The notes under the pieces were generated by a model. That model was not told the origin of the DNA, made no database searches, and worked only from the letters and a program-made list of their open reading frames with translations. The position numbers and the translations under genes were made by a program. Positions 26,898 through 40,910 of a stretch of DNA of 64,000 nucleotides are shown here, in pieces. Source of the DNA: Octopus sinensis (taxonomy: Eukaryota); NCBI RefSeq assembly GCF_006345805.1, contig NC_043009.1, forward strand, positions 49,600,001 through 49,664,000, in the 5' to 3' direction. The first letter of the stretch is position 1; each line of letters starts with the position of its first letter.

Positions 26898-28040
26898 AGA
26901 GATGGATAGCTAGGATGAGCTACCACAACCCTAAAAATCAGTTCTGTGTAGCATGAGTAAACTAAAACTAATTTTTTTATTTTGCTAAAGAAACAGCCTC
27001 CCATGAGACTTTGTCATAGCAGTGACACCAGCAAAGTGTGAAAACTGTTTAAGTGTTTTAGCATTCGAATTATTCAAATTGCTTGCTTAAAATTCAGTAT
27101 GTGTCAGTTCTGGATTCCAGAGGTTACTGGTGGCTCTAGCTTCTGTGGTGACTATATGGCAACTGGAGTGAAACCAGTTGTTGCATTATCTCTGATCCTT
27201 TCAATCTGACTAAATACTGGTACCTAACTTAAGTGACTTGATAGGACTAGAAACCATGTAGGAGATCAGCTGGTGCTACAAGGTATGAGCTAAAACACAG
27301 TAGTCAAATAGCAAAGGTTGTAAAGGTAAATACACATACACACACACACACACATATATATATATTTAGTGGGTTAAATGGTAGTATATAAAATAACAGC
27401 ACACTAAATGCAATAGTTAGAATTCTGGCAAGCTGAATGTATAATACCCACTGATAGCATTGTCATCATCATCATCATCATAAATTTAATGTCCATTGTC
27501 TGATGCTGGCTTTGGTAGAAAAGGCCAGCAAATACAGCAATAACCCTTGCCAGATGTATCTAACCACCACATCAGATCTGACTTCACACTACTGTGAATG
27601 CAGAAAAGAAAAGCATGAATGTTGCAACTTCTCCCTCACTTGTTCAGATATCAAAATTGCTAATCATTCATTGAAATTATACAATATTTGTTATTAAATC
27701 AAATTAACTACATTTAATTTGTTTTTGATTTTTGATTTTATTCCTCATTTCATTTCAAATTATTTCAAATTGAATATTTTTTTTTTTGTTTTTTTTCCCC
27801 CCCGATTTTATTTTACTTCTCAAATATGTGCAAACCTAATTTACAAACATAAACCCCAATTCATATTAAATCTATATCGAACCAAAAATTATATTGCTTC
27901 TTCCCTCCTACTTAATAAGGGGTTCCATGACATGATATTGTCACAATATTTGAAAAGGGACTTTGATTTTTGCTGTTTAGAACTCTCTACTGAGACATGA
28001 AAATATTATAGTGGTGGAACAATTTGATGACAATAACAAA

Positions 28041-28072
<32 letters not shown>

Positions 28073-29029
28073 GACTAAAACTATATGCTGTTTCAAGACA
28101 GTACTCAAGCCACAAGTACTAACATAATAGGTACTAACTGACAGTGACGATTAAAGGCGAAAATAAATAAACAAAATATATAAACAAATAAAAGAGTTCA
28201 TGAAGTAAACATACACACACATATACACACCACATGAATACACACACACACACAAAGTACTTGGAAAAGTAACTTGAATATTGATTGTTGGTGGAGAGAA
28301 AAAAAAATCAATTTAAGTATCTGTTAGTTATAGCAATTATCTTGAGCACTTTGCTTTATATCTAGCCAAAGTCATGTGAGCCAAGACGACATGATATCTA
28401 TGTCTGTCTGCAGTCAATATTTTCCGTGTAAAAATTGAAAAATTACCACCAGTTGCCACCCCCAACCCCCACTTTCAACACCAGTCACTTTCCGGTAGTT
28501 CTGTCTGGAGAGAACATTTTTTGTTTTTTGGGGGTTTTTTTTTTTTAAACAATTTTACAATATTTGAAAAAAAAAAATACAAAATGAATATTAAAAGAGA
28601 AAACAGGAATCAGTAATGAAATAAATAAATGAAAGCAAAAAAAAAAAAAAGAAATAAAGTACCACCACTAATGGCTAATAATAGGAAGATAACCTTGTCC
28701 ACTAACACTTCCATTTCCTACTACTGCGCTGCTTGCTGTTACTATCAACAATTTTAATCAGGAGTTACAATGATACCATCATCATTATCACCACCACCAC
28801 CAGCCTCCTCATCAATACTATGTGTCTCTTTACTGAACCCTCTTCCAAGAGTCTCATGACAAAAATGTCCACAATAACCCCTTATCTACAACCCACTAAT
28901 AAATTACAATAATAAAAAAAAATTTTTTAAATCTAGACTGACAAACTTCATGAAAACTTAACTGATTGTTTGCTATTAAATGTTTGTTACAGCAATACTC
29001 TATAACACCTGATGCTGTCTATATATGTG

Positions 29030-29061
<32 letters not shown>

Positions 29062-29147
29062 AGATAGTGATTTTCTTCGACATAATAACCATGTGCATAT
29101 ATGAGTGTATGTGAATAATGTGAGACTAAATGTAATGATGACGATGA

Positions 29148-29149
29148 TG

Positions 29150-29180
<31 letters not shown>

Positions 29181-29360
29181 GTATGTATGTATATATATAT
29201 ATATATGTATGTATATGTGTATGTATGTATATGTGTATGTGTATGTATGTATATGTGTATGTATGTATATGTGTATGTGTATGTATGTATGTATGTATAT
29301 GTGTATGTATGTATGTATGTATATGTGTATGTATGTATATGTGTATGTATGTATGTACAC
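29148..29360. repeat. (TATG)n/(TATGTG)n compound microsatellite
   Basis: Directly visible. Confidence 0.95.
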
Positions 29361-29775
29361 ACATATACAAATTTACTTATACCATAATCATGTTTACATG
29401 TGTGAAGGACAAGTGTGAAGGACTGTGTGCATGCACATGCATACACACACATACACACACAAATCTATATGTAATCATATTTATATACTTAGATGAGTGT
29501 GCATGATTCTGAATGTGTGTGTTTATCTATTTATCTATGTATCTATACACACACACACACACATGTATGTACGTGTACGCATACAAATGCATGTATGTGT
29601 GTGAATGTGTTAAAGTTTAGTTAAAGAAATAGTTGTTACAGGAAACCAAAGAAAATAATTAAAGAAACACTGAACATAAAAACAAGTTATTTTGGCAGCC
29701 AGAGGGTTATATATACTTAAATCAGAAGTAACCCTGTAATACTTAGATTACAAAAGGACATGGTTCAAACTTTAA

Positions 29776-30005
29776 CCCTGTAGCATTTAAACCGGCTATA
29801 TTTGGCCCAAATATTCAAATATTCTACGTTTTATGTTCAAACTGACCAAATCCAGTGTCTTACATCTATCCACCCTACAATGTTATTCTAAAAATATGCA
29901 ATCACATCATTAAAATCTCTAAGCTACAAGATAATGCTTGATTAATTCAAAATAATGTGAATAAAGAAGCATTGTATTTGAGAAAGTAATTTGAATGCTA
30001 AAGAG
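29776..30005. mobile_element. piggyBac-type non-autonomous element (MITE), 230 bp
   Basis: TTAA at 29772-29775 and 30006-30009. Imperfect TIRs: CCCTGTAGCATTTAAA at the left end versus CTCTTTAGCATTCAAA (reverse complement of the right end). No coding capacity. Confidence 0.75.
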
Positions 30006-30366
30006 TTAAGCATAGATGGAGGAGAGTATGATAGGGTGGGGTGCACTAGAGAGGGAGAAAATGAAGGAGAGCGAAAATGGCTCGATGCTGTTTAGTAAGA
30101 AGTGCGGGTGGGGCTCCAATATCCCCCCCCCCACACACACACACACTGTATGATTTGTTTCTTTCATTCTTTCCTTCTTTATTTATGCTTCAGCACTAAA
30201 CATTACCCTTATTTCTAGTTTTTAAATGGAAGAATTTGTGGAAACAGGGTGTTGAGAAAATGAAATCCCAGAAACGCCAACCATTCAGGATAAGTTCTAC
30301 AGATGGTTGCCTGAGATTGCAGTTGGAAAAAAATATAACAAAAATACCAAAGGAGAGGAGGATGGC

Positions 30367-30416
<50 letters not shown>

Positions 30417-31080
30417 ATGTGTGGGTTTGGTATTGAAGGGGTTGGTGGTAATAGAGAAGGAAGGAAAAGTGAGTAAGAGATATCATTCCACTGTCTTCTT
30501 TTGACATGAAATGATTTGCTTATTATAGCACTTGTCAGTCTGTACCCAGATTTTATATTAGGGGTTGGCTGGTGGTTTCTCTGGTAGGTATGTAGTATCT
30601 CTAACTTTGATGTATTTCTTTTCTTCTTCTCAGGAAAGGGAATCAAACAACACAGCTATATAGACAATGATTTAGTTTTTAGTGAGGAATGACGGCTTGT
30701 TTTGCATTTCTTTTCCCTTTGGTTAGTTCAAAGTAGTCTTACAGCAGTTTGGTCCCCCACAAAACACAAATGCATAGAGATACATACATATATACACATG
30801 TATATATATATATATGTGTGTATGTACACATAATTTTAGCTGTAGTAATAGAGATAACAGAGAGTTGCTTAAATATTGTTACAACAAAAATGCTGGTGGT
30901 GGTGGTGAAGACACATTGCACACAAATTTCAAAAATATACAAATACAAAATACACTTAAAATGTTTCCCAACTCACTTCCCTATATTTCCCAATGAAGAA
31001 GAAATAATAATAATAATGATTATTATTATTATTTCAAGTTTTTTCTACAAGGGCAGCTAGGGGTGTGGTGAGGATGAGGT

Positions 31081-31450
31081 GATTATATCAACCCCAGTGT
31101 TCAACTGGTACTTATTTTATTGACCCCGAAAGGATGAAAGGCAAAGTCGGCCTGAGTGGAATTTGAACTCAGAACATAGCGACAGGCAAAATACTGTTAA
31201 GCATTTCATCCAGCATGCTAATAATTCTGCCAGCTTGCAGAATAATAATAATAATAATAATAATAATCCTTTCTACTATAGGCACAAGGCCTGAAATTTT
31301 AAGGCAGGGGGCTAGTTGATTAAACCAAACCCAGTACTCAACTTGCACTTAATTTATCGACTCCGAAAGGATGAAAGGCAAAGTCAACCTCAGCAGAATT
31401 TGAACTCAGAATATAAAGAGAGACAGAGTATTGCTAAACATTTTGCCTGA
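31081..31450 (-). mobile_element. Two tandem SINE family B copies separated by (AAT)n
   Basis: ACCCCAGT..AACTGGTACTTATTTTATTGACCCCGAAAGGATGAAAGGCAAAGTC...GAATTTGAACTCAGAA occurs twice (about 31081-31238 and 31264-31450). Confidence 0.8.
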
Positions 31451-32425
31451 CCAATAGTTTTGAGAGGAGGGAATTAGCAAATATCAGTGACCTTGGGTCA
31501 AGTTAAGACTAAACAGTTATTCTAATAAACACTATCCAAGTCATTAAAGCACAGAGAAACAATTGTAAAACAGTAAATAAAATAAATAAAAATTCTGATC
31601 AGAAAAGACAAATAACATTAAATATTATTATTAATCTTAATAGTAAGAAACAATAGAACAAGCATCAGACAAAGTGATTTAAACTTGATCAACTAGCAAC
31701 TGAGTTCAAATCTTGACTTTGCTTTAGATCACTTCTAGGTCAATACATAAAACAAATAATACAGATGATATTCTGCAAAGCAATTCTAATTAAGTTTTTC
31801 TCTACTCCTTCAGCAAGTATCTTTGTGTCTAGATCAACCCTTGTTCCTACTGCAAAGATAAAAGGGAAGGAGATGAAATAAAAAAAGAGTGGGAAGGGGT
31901 TCGCAGCCGATAAAAGAGAAAAATGAATAAAAGAGAGAAGGCACAGAATGGAAAAAAGGAGGAAAAAAAGGTAAAAAGAAAGAGAAGAATGAAACAGAAT
32001 TGAAAGAAGTGAAAGACAAAGATCGTACATTGCTCCACTGACAGTCATAATGAGAAAATTAAAAATATAAATGACAAAAAGCTAACGAAGTTCAGTTCGG
32101 CATGGAATTTTTGGTTTACCAAAGAGAAGTAGACTGTCCTTTTGAAGTCAGTCAAAGATTTAAGAAAGCTGTCTGCTACTGTCCATTGAGTTGTTATTAG
32201 ACACGAGATCCCTAACAAACACTGGTTTCAATTCCCTTACAAATACAAAAGGGATTGAAAGATTCAAACACAAAAAAGCAGAGATAGAAAAATAGGAAAA
32301 ATTTTTCTTGTGATAAATAGTGTGAAAAAAGAAAGAATCTTAAGATTCCAGACAAACTACTGAATTGAAACAAGACTTCATAATTCTAAAATTTTACATT
32401 TATGTATAAATGTGTACACACCCAT

Positions 32426-32465
<40 letters not shown>

Positions 32466-32605
32466 GTGCTCAATGACTATTGACTTCTAAAGTTAAAATG
32501 CATTTCTGATCAACTGATGATGATATCTATGAAACTGTACACATCATTGTGAACAACTTCATGCTCATTAACAGATATACATACTGTACACATACACACA
32601 AACAG

Positions 32606-32652
<47 letters not shown>

Positions 32653-32789
32653 TGATCATCATCATTTAATGTCTGCTTTCCATGCTGGCAGGTGTTACAC
32701 AGCTTGACTGGAACTGGTAAACTAGAGAGGTGCACCAGGTTCCGGTCTGAATTTGGCTTGGCTTCAACAGCTACATATACGATAGGCTT

Positions 32790-32925
32790 CAAGTCCATTC
32801 ACAAGGAATCGACCAGTTTGAAGTCATTGTAGAAGATACTTGTCTAAGCGCAGTGTAAGGGACCAGAACCCAGAGCCCCAAACCATAGAGCTGTAAAGTA
32901 AACTTCTTAACCACATGCCATACCT
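32790..32925 (-). mobile_element. SINE family A 5' fragment
   Basis: TCCATTCACAAGG...GTAGAAGATACTTGTCTAAG...CTTCTTAACCACATGCCATACCTG matches the reverse complement of the family A head. Confidence 0.55.
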
Positions 32926-33729
32926 GTACAGCTTACTCTCTAAATATTTATTGCATACATAGGTACACATACATACACACACACACACACATATATATAT
33001 ATATGAATCTGAAAATACATTTAGAGGATATATGGGCACTGAAGAGAATATGGCTACACAGAAACCATCTAAGCTAGTCAGTATAGTGGCTTGCATCCAT
33101 CTCCAAATTGTATCAAAAGGTTAGCCTGAACTCAGCTTTGCCAGACACCAAAACAACTTGTTCATCAGTTTTATAGTGCTACCACTGCTTACAGCATTTA
33201 ACTTTACCATTCCATGTATGAACCAGAAAAAAGAGATGATATAATGGAGGAATTTGATAGTGTAGTCTGAAATAAACTATGTGTGTGTCAGAAAAAGATT
33301 GGATAAATATGGCTGGAATGTTTTCTATGATAGATCTACTCAACCTAGATTCATCTGAGCTAAACAACAACCATTCAAGGTCAACTACTTGCAGTTAGAT
33401 CAACAGGGGACATAAGAAGTTCAGTGTTTTGATCAAGAATTAAGCTCAGCAATGGCATTAGTTGAGTACTTAGTTGTTAAATTGACAGTATAAAAACTAT
33501 TGTGTGTGTGTGTATATGCTACTGACACGACACAAACATGTAAATACATTGTACATCAATATTCAAGACCCTCTCTCTCTCTCCCACACATGTGAGTGTA
33601 TGTGTGTACTGAACAATTAAAAGATCAAATATTCAAATTCTTTTGATACAGCAAACCATTAGACATATATTTCAAGATTGGTCCCATAAACTTTTGTCTC
33701 ACACATACTAAGAAATCAGGTATACAAGA

Positions 33730-33765
<36 letters not shown>

Positions 33766-35057
33766 TTCATATAAGCACACAAATATACATATATTGTACA
33801 TATACATTTCTACACACACACATATACACAAAGATTCACTCATATGTGTACATACACAAACACTTACCCATCCAATATACACACAAACACACCAAATTAT
33901 TTCACAAGAAGTATATATGTTCTTTAATGAATGCCGCCTATTTGAATTGAAAACTATGTATTTACAATGTAAAGTTCCATGATAACATTTAACTGTCACT
34001 AAAAAAGACATTTCTACCAACTTATGTTGGAAAAAGTAAATTTTAAGGAGATTGTCTTTTTTATATTTCATTTTTTTTTACATGAGCCAAAAACAAGAAC
34101 AAAAAAAATAAATAAAAGCGGAATAATAAAACCAACCAAGTTTATTTGATGTGGAAAAAAATAGATAAAAATAATAAAGAAAATTATTTGAAGACAAACA
34201 CTAAAATACTTTGAAGAAAATTAAAGGTAAAAGCTAATAAATAATGCAATTATTTACAAAATGTTGTCCATTAAAACAACCATCACTGTCAGCATATTTA
34301 TAAGAGTTCTACAGCTTACTGTCTCTCTCTGTGTATATACCTTTATATAATGCATATATGTATGTGTGTAATGCAATGTGTGTGTGTGTGTATGTGCATG
34401 TATAGTATGCAGTATGCGTATTGCAGTGTTTGCAGTGTATGCATGTGCATGCCTTATAACAGGAAAACACTGTTGTTTACTACAGAATTCCATTTCATTC
34501 ATTACTACACTGACTCCAAACCTGTGAAGATATGCAAGGAAGGAATGCACCAACAATGCAACTAGCAACACCAGCATTGCTTCTTCGTCTTCGCCTCCAC
34601 TCTAATCGACCCTACCCCACTCTGCACTACCTTATCCTACCTTCCCCTACCACTGCTGCCTCTGCAGCAATGATTCACATTCCAGATCTGATGGGAGGAC
34701 AGGTCTGTGAGAGGATTTCTACACCCCACTCCCCGATCACCGTCAGCCTTCTCAAAGAGATTGGGATCCCAACAAGATGTGTCTTTGGAATGACGGAACT
34801 GCATTCCTCAGTTCCAGTCAGCCAATCGAAGAGCACTTGAAATATTGTCAGAAAATATCACTGGAAAAACTTGTCTAAACGAAAGTGTAGTCGAGATGCT
34901 ATTTATTTGCAACTGCAGCAAACATATAAAACAGCCAGAAGCCGTAACAGAGATTTCAGCTTGGAACCATCATTGTTGGAATACGGATGTTTTTGAAAAA
35001 TTTTAGGTCTCAAAAGAAATTCCATTAAGGCTGGCAGTTGCAAAGATGGAATAAATA

Positions 35058-35110
35058 TTATTTTGGCGAGATCAAAGCAACATTCCACCAGCCTGGAACA
35101 TTCTGTAAAC
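35058..35110 (-). CDS. Putative terminal coding exon segment, (G)LQNVPGWWNVALISPK*
   Basis: Strong minus-strand acceptor aatttttatttctacatattttcaccctcctttctccaag|GTTTACAG. Phase-compatible with the 46100 donor (G+GT=Gly). TAA at 35058-35060 and AATAAA at 34902-34907 on the minus strand. Inference only. Confidence 0.4.
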
Positions 35111-35585
35111 CTTGGAGAAAGGAGGGTGAAAATATGTAGAAATAAAAATTGGTGATTGTTTCTTTGATAATAAATAACATTTGGAATTATTTTTAATTTT
35201 AGAATTCAGTTCTCATAACTTGCAATTTTTCGCACTTAACAAAATAAAAAAACAAAATTTTTAAAAATAGTAAACTAATAACGTGAGCAGATAAATTAAA
35301 TGGAAGAACTAAAAAAAACAAAAAAAATGGCAGGGGAGAAGAAAAAAAAAAAAAGATTTGTTAAAATTTCAAGATAATTACATCTTCTATATTTTTTTCA
35401 AACTGAATTCAACTTTATTTGTAAATTATGCAAAACATAATTTTTAATAACTTTTATTTGTTAATTAACTATGGTTATTAAAAGGTTAACAAGCTACTAG
35501 AAAAAAAAAAGTTTTATAAAACAACAACATTTAAATAATATTTTTTTAGTTAATTAGATAAAAATCATTTAATAAACATGCACTC

Positions 35586-35629
<44 letters not shown>

Positions 35630-37608
35630 ATGGTCGCACACATATATAAACATACAGATATAAATCTCCTAGGGAATGTTGTGTCTTCAATTAATAATTT
35701 GTGTAGATTTAATACATTATACAGTTTATCTGTATTTAAATTACAGTGATGATGAACAGTGAATGAAGCTGCAAGTTAGTTTTGTGAGTAACTAAAACTG
35801 GGGGCCTTAAATGTCATCTCATCAATTCACTATCACAATAGACATCCACCATTTTGAACTGCCGAAACATGCCCTCACACCACACCCCCACGCCGGTTAC
35901 CTTTAAACTTTTAAGAACATCAAAACTAAACAAACTGAATCCCTAGGCTGTATACATCAACAGTCAAATGAAAAACAATAACAATGGGGAGGAAAAATAC
36001 TACAGAGACAGTCTCATCTAACAAGAGACTGTTGAAGGTGCTGTGATTGATGATGATGATGATGATGATGATAGTTGTTAGTAAATACAAGGGTAAAGGC
36101 AAGGCATAAGGAAAAGAGCCCAATAGACTTCAACTTTATGTCTGTATGTGTAACATAAAATACATGTGTCCCTGCCTGTATATTTGTATTTCACTCATAT
36201 GTGAACACACCCATACATATACTATTTATTCATATGCACATACACAAATATACATACACACACATGTAAGTGGTGTGTATACATACAACAACAACAATGG
36301 AAATAATGTAAATACTGCAGTCTTTTAATGTTTGGAGATATTCAAGAGAATTATGTGAAACTGAAAAGCCAGACTATTCTTTTATAAAGCTGATTTATTA
36401 CTGTGCCACCACCACCATTTATCACCATCAACATCACCCCCATTGCCACCACCATCAATACCACCACACCCAACACCATCTCCAAAAACGTCCTGTTCTA
36501 TACCTCTGACAACCAAAGACCCCTTAACCAGAAAATGTAGCTAATGGTCTCCATGGTTTTTTTTCTTCTTTTTCTCATAGTTTATTTCAAACTAGCTGTA
36601 TTATTCAAGGGGTATACAACATGTCTAATAATACAAGAGGTATGGTGGGGAGTCAGATGATGAAGAGTTAGGGTTGGTGCATTTCAGAGTGTGGCTGTGG
36701 ATATGGATGTGGATGTGGTGGTACGGAAAATGGTTAGGGTGGTGGCAAATTTTTTGAAGTATGGGACACTATAAGAAATGAACATGAAACGGAAAATGTT
36801 TTCATTCCAATGTACACAAACACACACACATAGTGGCCATTTATATCTCCACTTGTGTGTGGTGTGTGAGAGCATGACAGTATGGGTATAAGAGAGAAAG
36901 TGGGTGTATGTGAATATGTGCAAGAATCAGTGTGTGTGAGAGTGATTGCATGTTCATGCAAGCAAGCATGAGTACCCTCTAAGCTAAATTAGACTTCATG
37001 AAAGGTTTTTGAATGGCCAAGTAGGCAGAGGAGAGTGAAGAAGAGGGAGAGAGAGGGAGAGAGAAAGAGAAAGGGAGTGGGAGAATTAATATTAGCCTCA
37101 GGTCAGGCTTGATCCAGTGGACCTGTGATCAAAGGCATGGCAAGCATTGACCATCTGGGAGTCTATATATATTATATCAAGGACTAAGGACACTGTTCAA
37201 TAACTGTGTCCTTGCTTTGTTAAGTTGGTAAGAGATGATATGAGAGAGGTTTAGCTGCCATTTGTAACAGGTCAAGCAACAATGCAGAGGCTCCCACATT
37301 GACCAATGATGTGGGCGGTGGCAAGGTGTTTGGAGTGGAGCCTTTGGAATTTTACTAAAATTAATTTTGCCTTTTAATCAAAAATGCATGTGTGTGTGTG
37401 TGCGTGCGCACGCACATACTTACATACATGCACACGCAAGGTTGTGAAACAGAATTGAAACTGTGAAGGTTGGAACTGATTGTGAGATATATTGTGAGGG
37501 GTACATCATATTCTCTCCCCTCCTCTCTCAAAATGTGTTTGTATACACTACACAGAAGAATATATGTATATTGTTAGTACATATGTATGCATGACTTGCG
37601 TACATATG

Positions 37609-37643
<35 letters not shown>

Positions 37644-38474
37644 CAAAAGAGAATGAGAGAGCTAGGTGTACTGGAGTTTACAAAAGAGAGAAAGAATTTA
37701 TTCCAGAGGGTTTATCTATATGTATGTGTATAATACACACACACATGTATGTACATAGGTATGTATACACATACAATGCAAATATATACACACAAGCACA
37801 GTTTGCAAATACATGTACACGCACAACATTTATTTTTTCCTAAGTTCTTTCTTCTTTCATGTGGTACAGTGTAACACTATAAACATCATAGCTTCGGTTA
37901 CGAAGAGAAAAGGTCAAATGTGACCCATCTAATACACGCTTGTCCTGCTCAGGATATTGCTTTCAAGTTGGCCAGGTGAGCCAATAACGACCTGAAGATA
38001 TCTCATTAGGATGAAAGAATGAAGTACACAAAAAAAAAGTAATGATAATAAATAAAATAAATAATAGTAATAATAATAATAATGCAGAAAAAAGAGAAGA
38101 TGGTACAGGAGGTAAAAAGAGGATGTCAGGGTTGGGGCATCAGAGTTTAATGGTTGCAATGAATAGGTTGAATTAATCTAACTGGGACACTCACTGAATG
38201 ATATCCCTCTCTCCACAGGGGAACATCACATTACTATAGACAGATTTTTGTATCCATTCGAGCATGCTTGCACGCACACTCATTCATACATACATACATG
38301 CATGCATGCACACTCACTCATACAAAGTATAACTTATTTTTCCGTATTCACATCACACACAAAATACAGAACATTTCTCTAACCTACTTTTTAGTTTAGA
38401 TGTTTATGCATGTATCAAATATATCACCTTTTCTTTTGCATGTGTATATGTCTATGTATGTTACACGTGCACGT

Positions 38475-38509
<35 letters not shown>

Positions 38510-40393
38510 AACACATGAGACCATATACATGTATACATAATTACACTATATGAACTCGAGTTTTGTATTATTCATAAAAGGCTTATATTTATCAATGGCG
38601 AATCGAAATTGCTTCCCTTCGGTTCATTTTGTAAGGGATTCAAAAGAAAGGTTAGAACTATAAAAGGTGTCCCTTGAATGTACCTAAGCTCATCATCATC
38701 ATCATCATCATCACAAGTATGCAAAACAAAACAAAAAAAAAAAAGTTAAAATGATGATAAAGATGATGACAGTGGACATTCTCATTGTGAGTTTTAAGTC
38801 ATCATTGAGCTTCGCACAGGTTAGTTAGGCATCATCCTACAGACATAAAAATCAAATATGCTCCAGCTGGTCTTTTTGTATATCCAGGCCTTCCTCTTTC
38901 TAAGATGATAGGGTGTAGTATGAAGGAGAACTGGCAGCTTTTTCTAGCAACTTGAACAACCACTGAGATACTCACTAACTGTTTTACGTTGTGGTAAAAG
39001 TTGATAGGGCCAGAAATACAGCATTTTCCCATGGATATATGCTTCTATTACATATATTATATATATATATATTTCACATCATTGGGGAAATCTATGTGGT
39101 TGTTCATCTTCCTAGAAAAGGCAGTTAAATATTCTCCAAATAACAGTGTATTTCTCTTAGAAATGTGGTACTGGATTCCTTATATTTACACGTAAGACAA
39201 GATGGTCAAAGCTGGTGTGCTATTGATCAAAGGTCAGCTTGATCACAGCTGACCTGGGGCTAAACAACAACAGATAAACACCACTCCCATATAAACACAT
39301 ATACAAAAGATACCCATTCACAATTATTAACCCTTTAATGCCTTACTGAAGTGGTATAGGTAAGATGTATATAACATTTAATAAAATCCCGCAAGCAGTG
39401 TTTGTATTTGCATGCATACATGTTTGCATACATACATGTGAAATAATCATGCACTCATGTCGTATGAATCTTTTTACCATTTGTTTTTGGGGGTAGGGTT
39501 TGTTTGTTTTTTTTACTCAGCTTTTATAATAATGATAAAGGCCAAGTGACCTGGAAAACCAGTCTAAAGCTCTTTCAACTTGATTTAATCAACCAAATCA
39601 GGGGAGAGAGAGAGACAGAGAGAGATCTTTCTACATTTCAGGTAATTCTCATTCTCTCTATTCATCCCACCACTCTATACTCTTTGTTTTCTACTACCTC
39701 CAACTATTTTTTCATCCCCTCTACTACAACACTGCTACCACATCACCACCACCTCTACAACATGATTTAGACAGTTATATATAGCAGTGTGTATGTATTG
39801 GAACCCAGATATCAACTCAACCTATGTAATCATCTGCGAAACACTCACATTCTCTCTCTCTCCCTCTCAGATATATTTTTTGCTGGCATCAGCCACTTGA
39901 CTGCGTTCATGCTGGGGCACCATTTTTAAGGGATTTAATCGATTATATTGACCCCAGTTCTTATACACTCCTAGTCTGATCCACATTTTATCAATCCATA
40001 ACATTTCGGGGCATAATAGGATACAAATAACACTGGCTTTATAGACTGTAACACAAAAATATAATTTTTCACACACATACACAACATATTTCTTAATTAT
40101 TATATTAACTAAAATTCTACTCTTCATAACAGTTTCTATATGTAAAAAGCCTCAAAAGTATGTCAACTGATCAGAGCAATCTCATGTATAATATGCTATA
40201 TTGCTAACATCCAATAAGACTGCAAACATATCCAGTGCTGACAATGCTTATCTAGGAAGGACAGCCATAGCTGTCCTTTTGCTTCAGACAGATTTATTTC
40301 CTTAATGTTGTGTGAATTTTGGAGAATTCTCACGATTATCTCCTCTTCTCAATTGTTTTACGATCCCTGGAAGTGGGGATAATTTCAATAAAT

Positions 40394-40548
40394 GAAGGGC
40401 GTTAGGAAGGGCATCCAGCTGTAGAAACACTGCCAGATCAGACTGGAGCCTGGTGCAGCCTTCTGGCTTCCCAGATCCCCAGTTGAACCGTCCAACCCAT
40501 GCTAGCATGGAGAATGGACGTTAAACGATGATGATGATGATGATGATG
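40394..40548 (+). mobile_element. SINE-like element 3' part (family C here; GGAAGGGCATCCAGCTGTAG motif, V-domain-like) with (GAT)n tail
   Basis: GGCGTTAGGAAGGGCATCCAGCTGTAGAAAC...CCAACCCATGCTAGCATGGAGAATGGACGTTAAAC(GAT)n. Homologues at about 10765, 11243, 27465, 32652 and 50405. Confidence 0.7.
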
Positions 40549-40759
40549 AAGAATCTATCTTGTGTAATATTTAACATACCTTTATTTGTCATTGTTGCTA
40601 CAACTACAAGCCCTGAGTTATTTCTCTTAACTCATTTGCATTTCATTAAACAGAACTATTTCTTTATTCATTTTTATTTTAGACTAAGTGGCCGAGTATT
40701 CCACATACATTTCAACTTTTATTATGATCCTCAAGCAAACTCACTGTGACACTGCCTTC

Positions 40760-40910
40760 ATCTGACAAAGCTGGTCCTTTTGAATTAGAGATATAGTTTA
40801 CCACAGTTTCACTGATACTATTTATCAAGAAGACATGCAATGGGTTCAGACAAACTCAGGGGTTGGTGGGGCCTCACAACAGTGAATCATACCTCTTAAC
40901 CACTTAGCTG
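40760..40910 (-). mobile_element. Diverged CORE-type SINE fragment
   Basis: ...CTCTTAACCACTTAGC head end and CAAAGCTGGTCCTTTTGAA body; heavily diverged, read by eye. Confidence 0.4.

Noticed and set aside
34700-34720. In-frame TGA within a protein-like plus-strand frame as possible selenocysteine
   Set aside because: No recognisable selenoprotein motif or SECIS, and the frame's coding status is unsupported.
39625-39660. Plus-strand AG|GTAATT recursive-like sites here and near 47140
   Set aside because: Weaker donor and shorter pyrimidine tracts; expected by chance in AT-rich DNA. They are a caution on the significance of the 2866 site.
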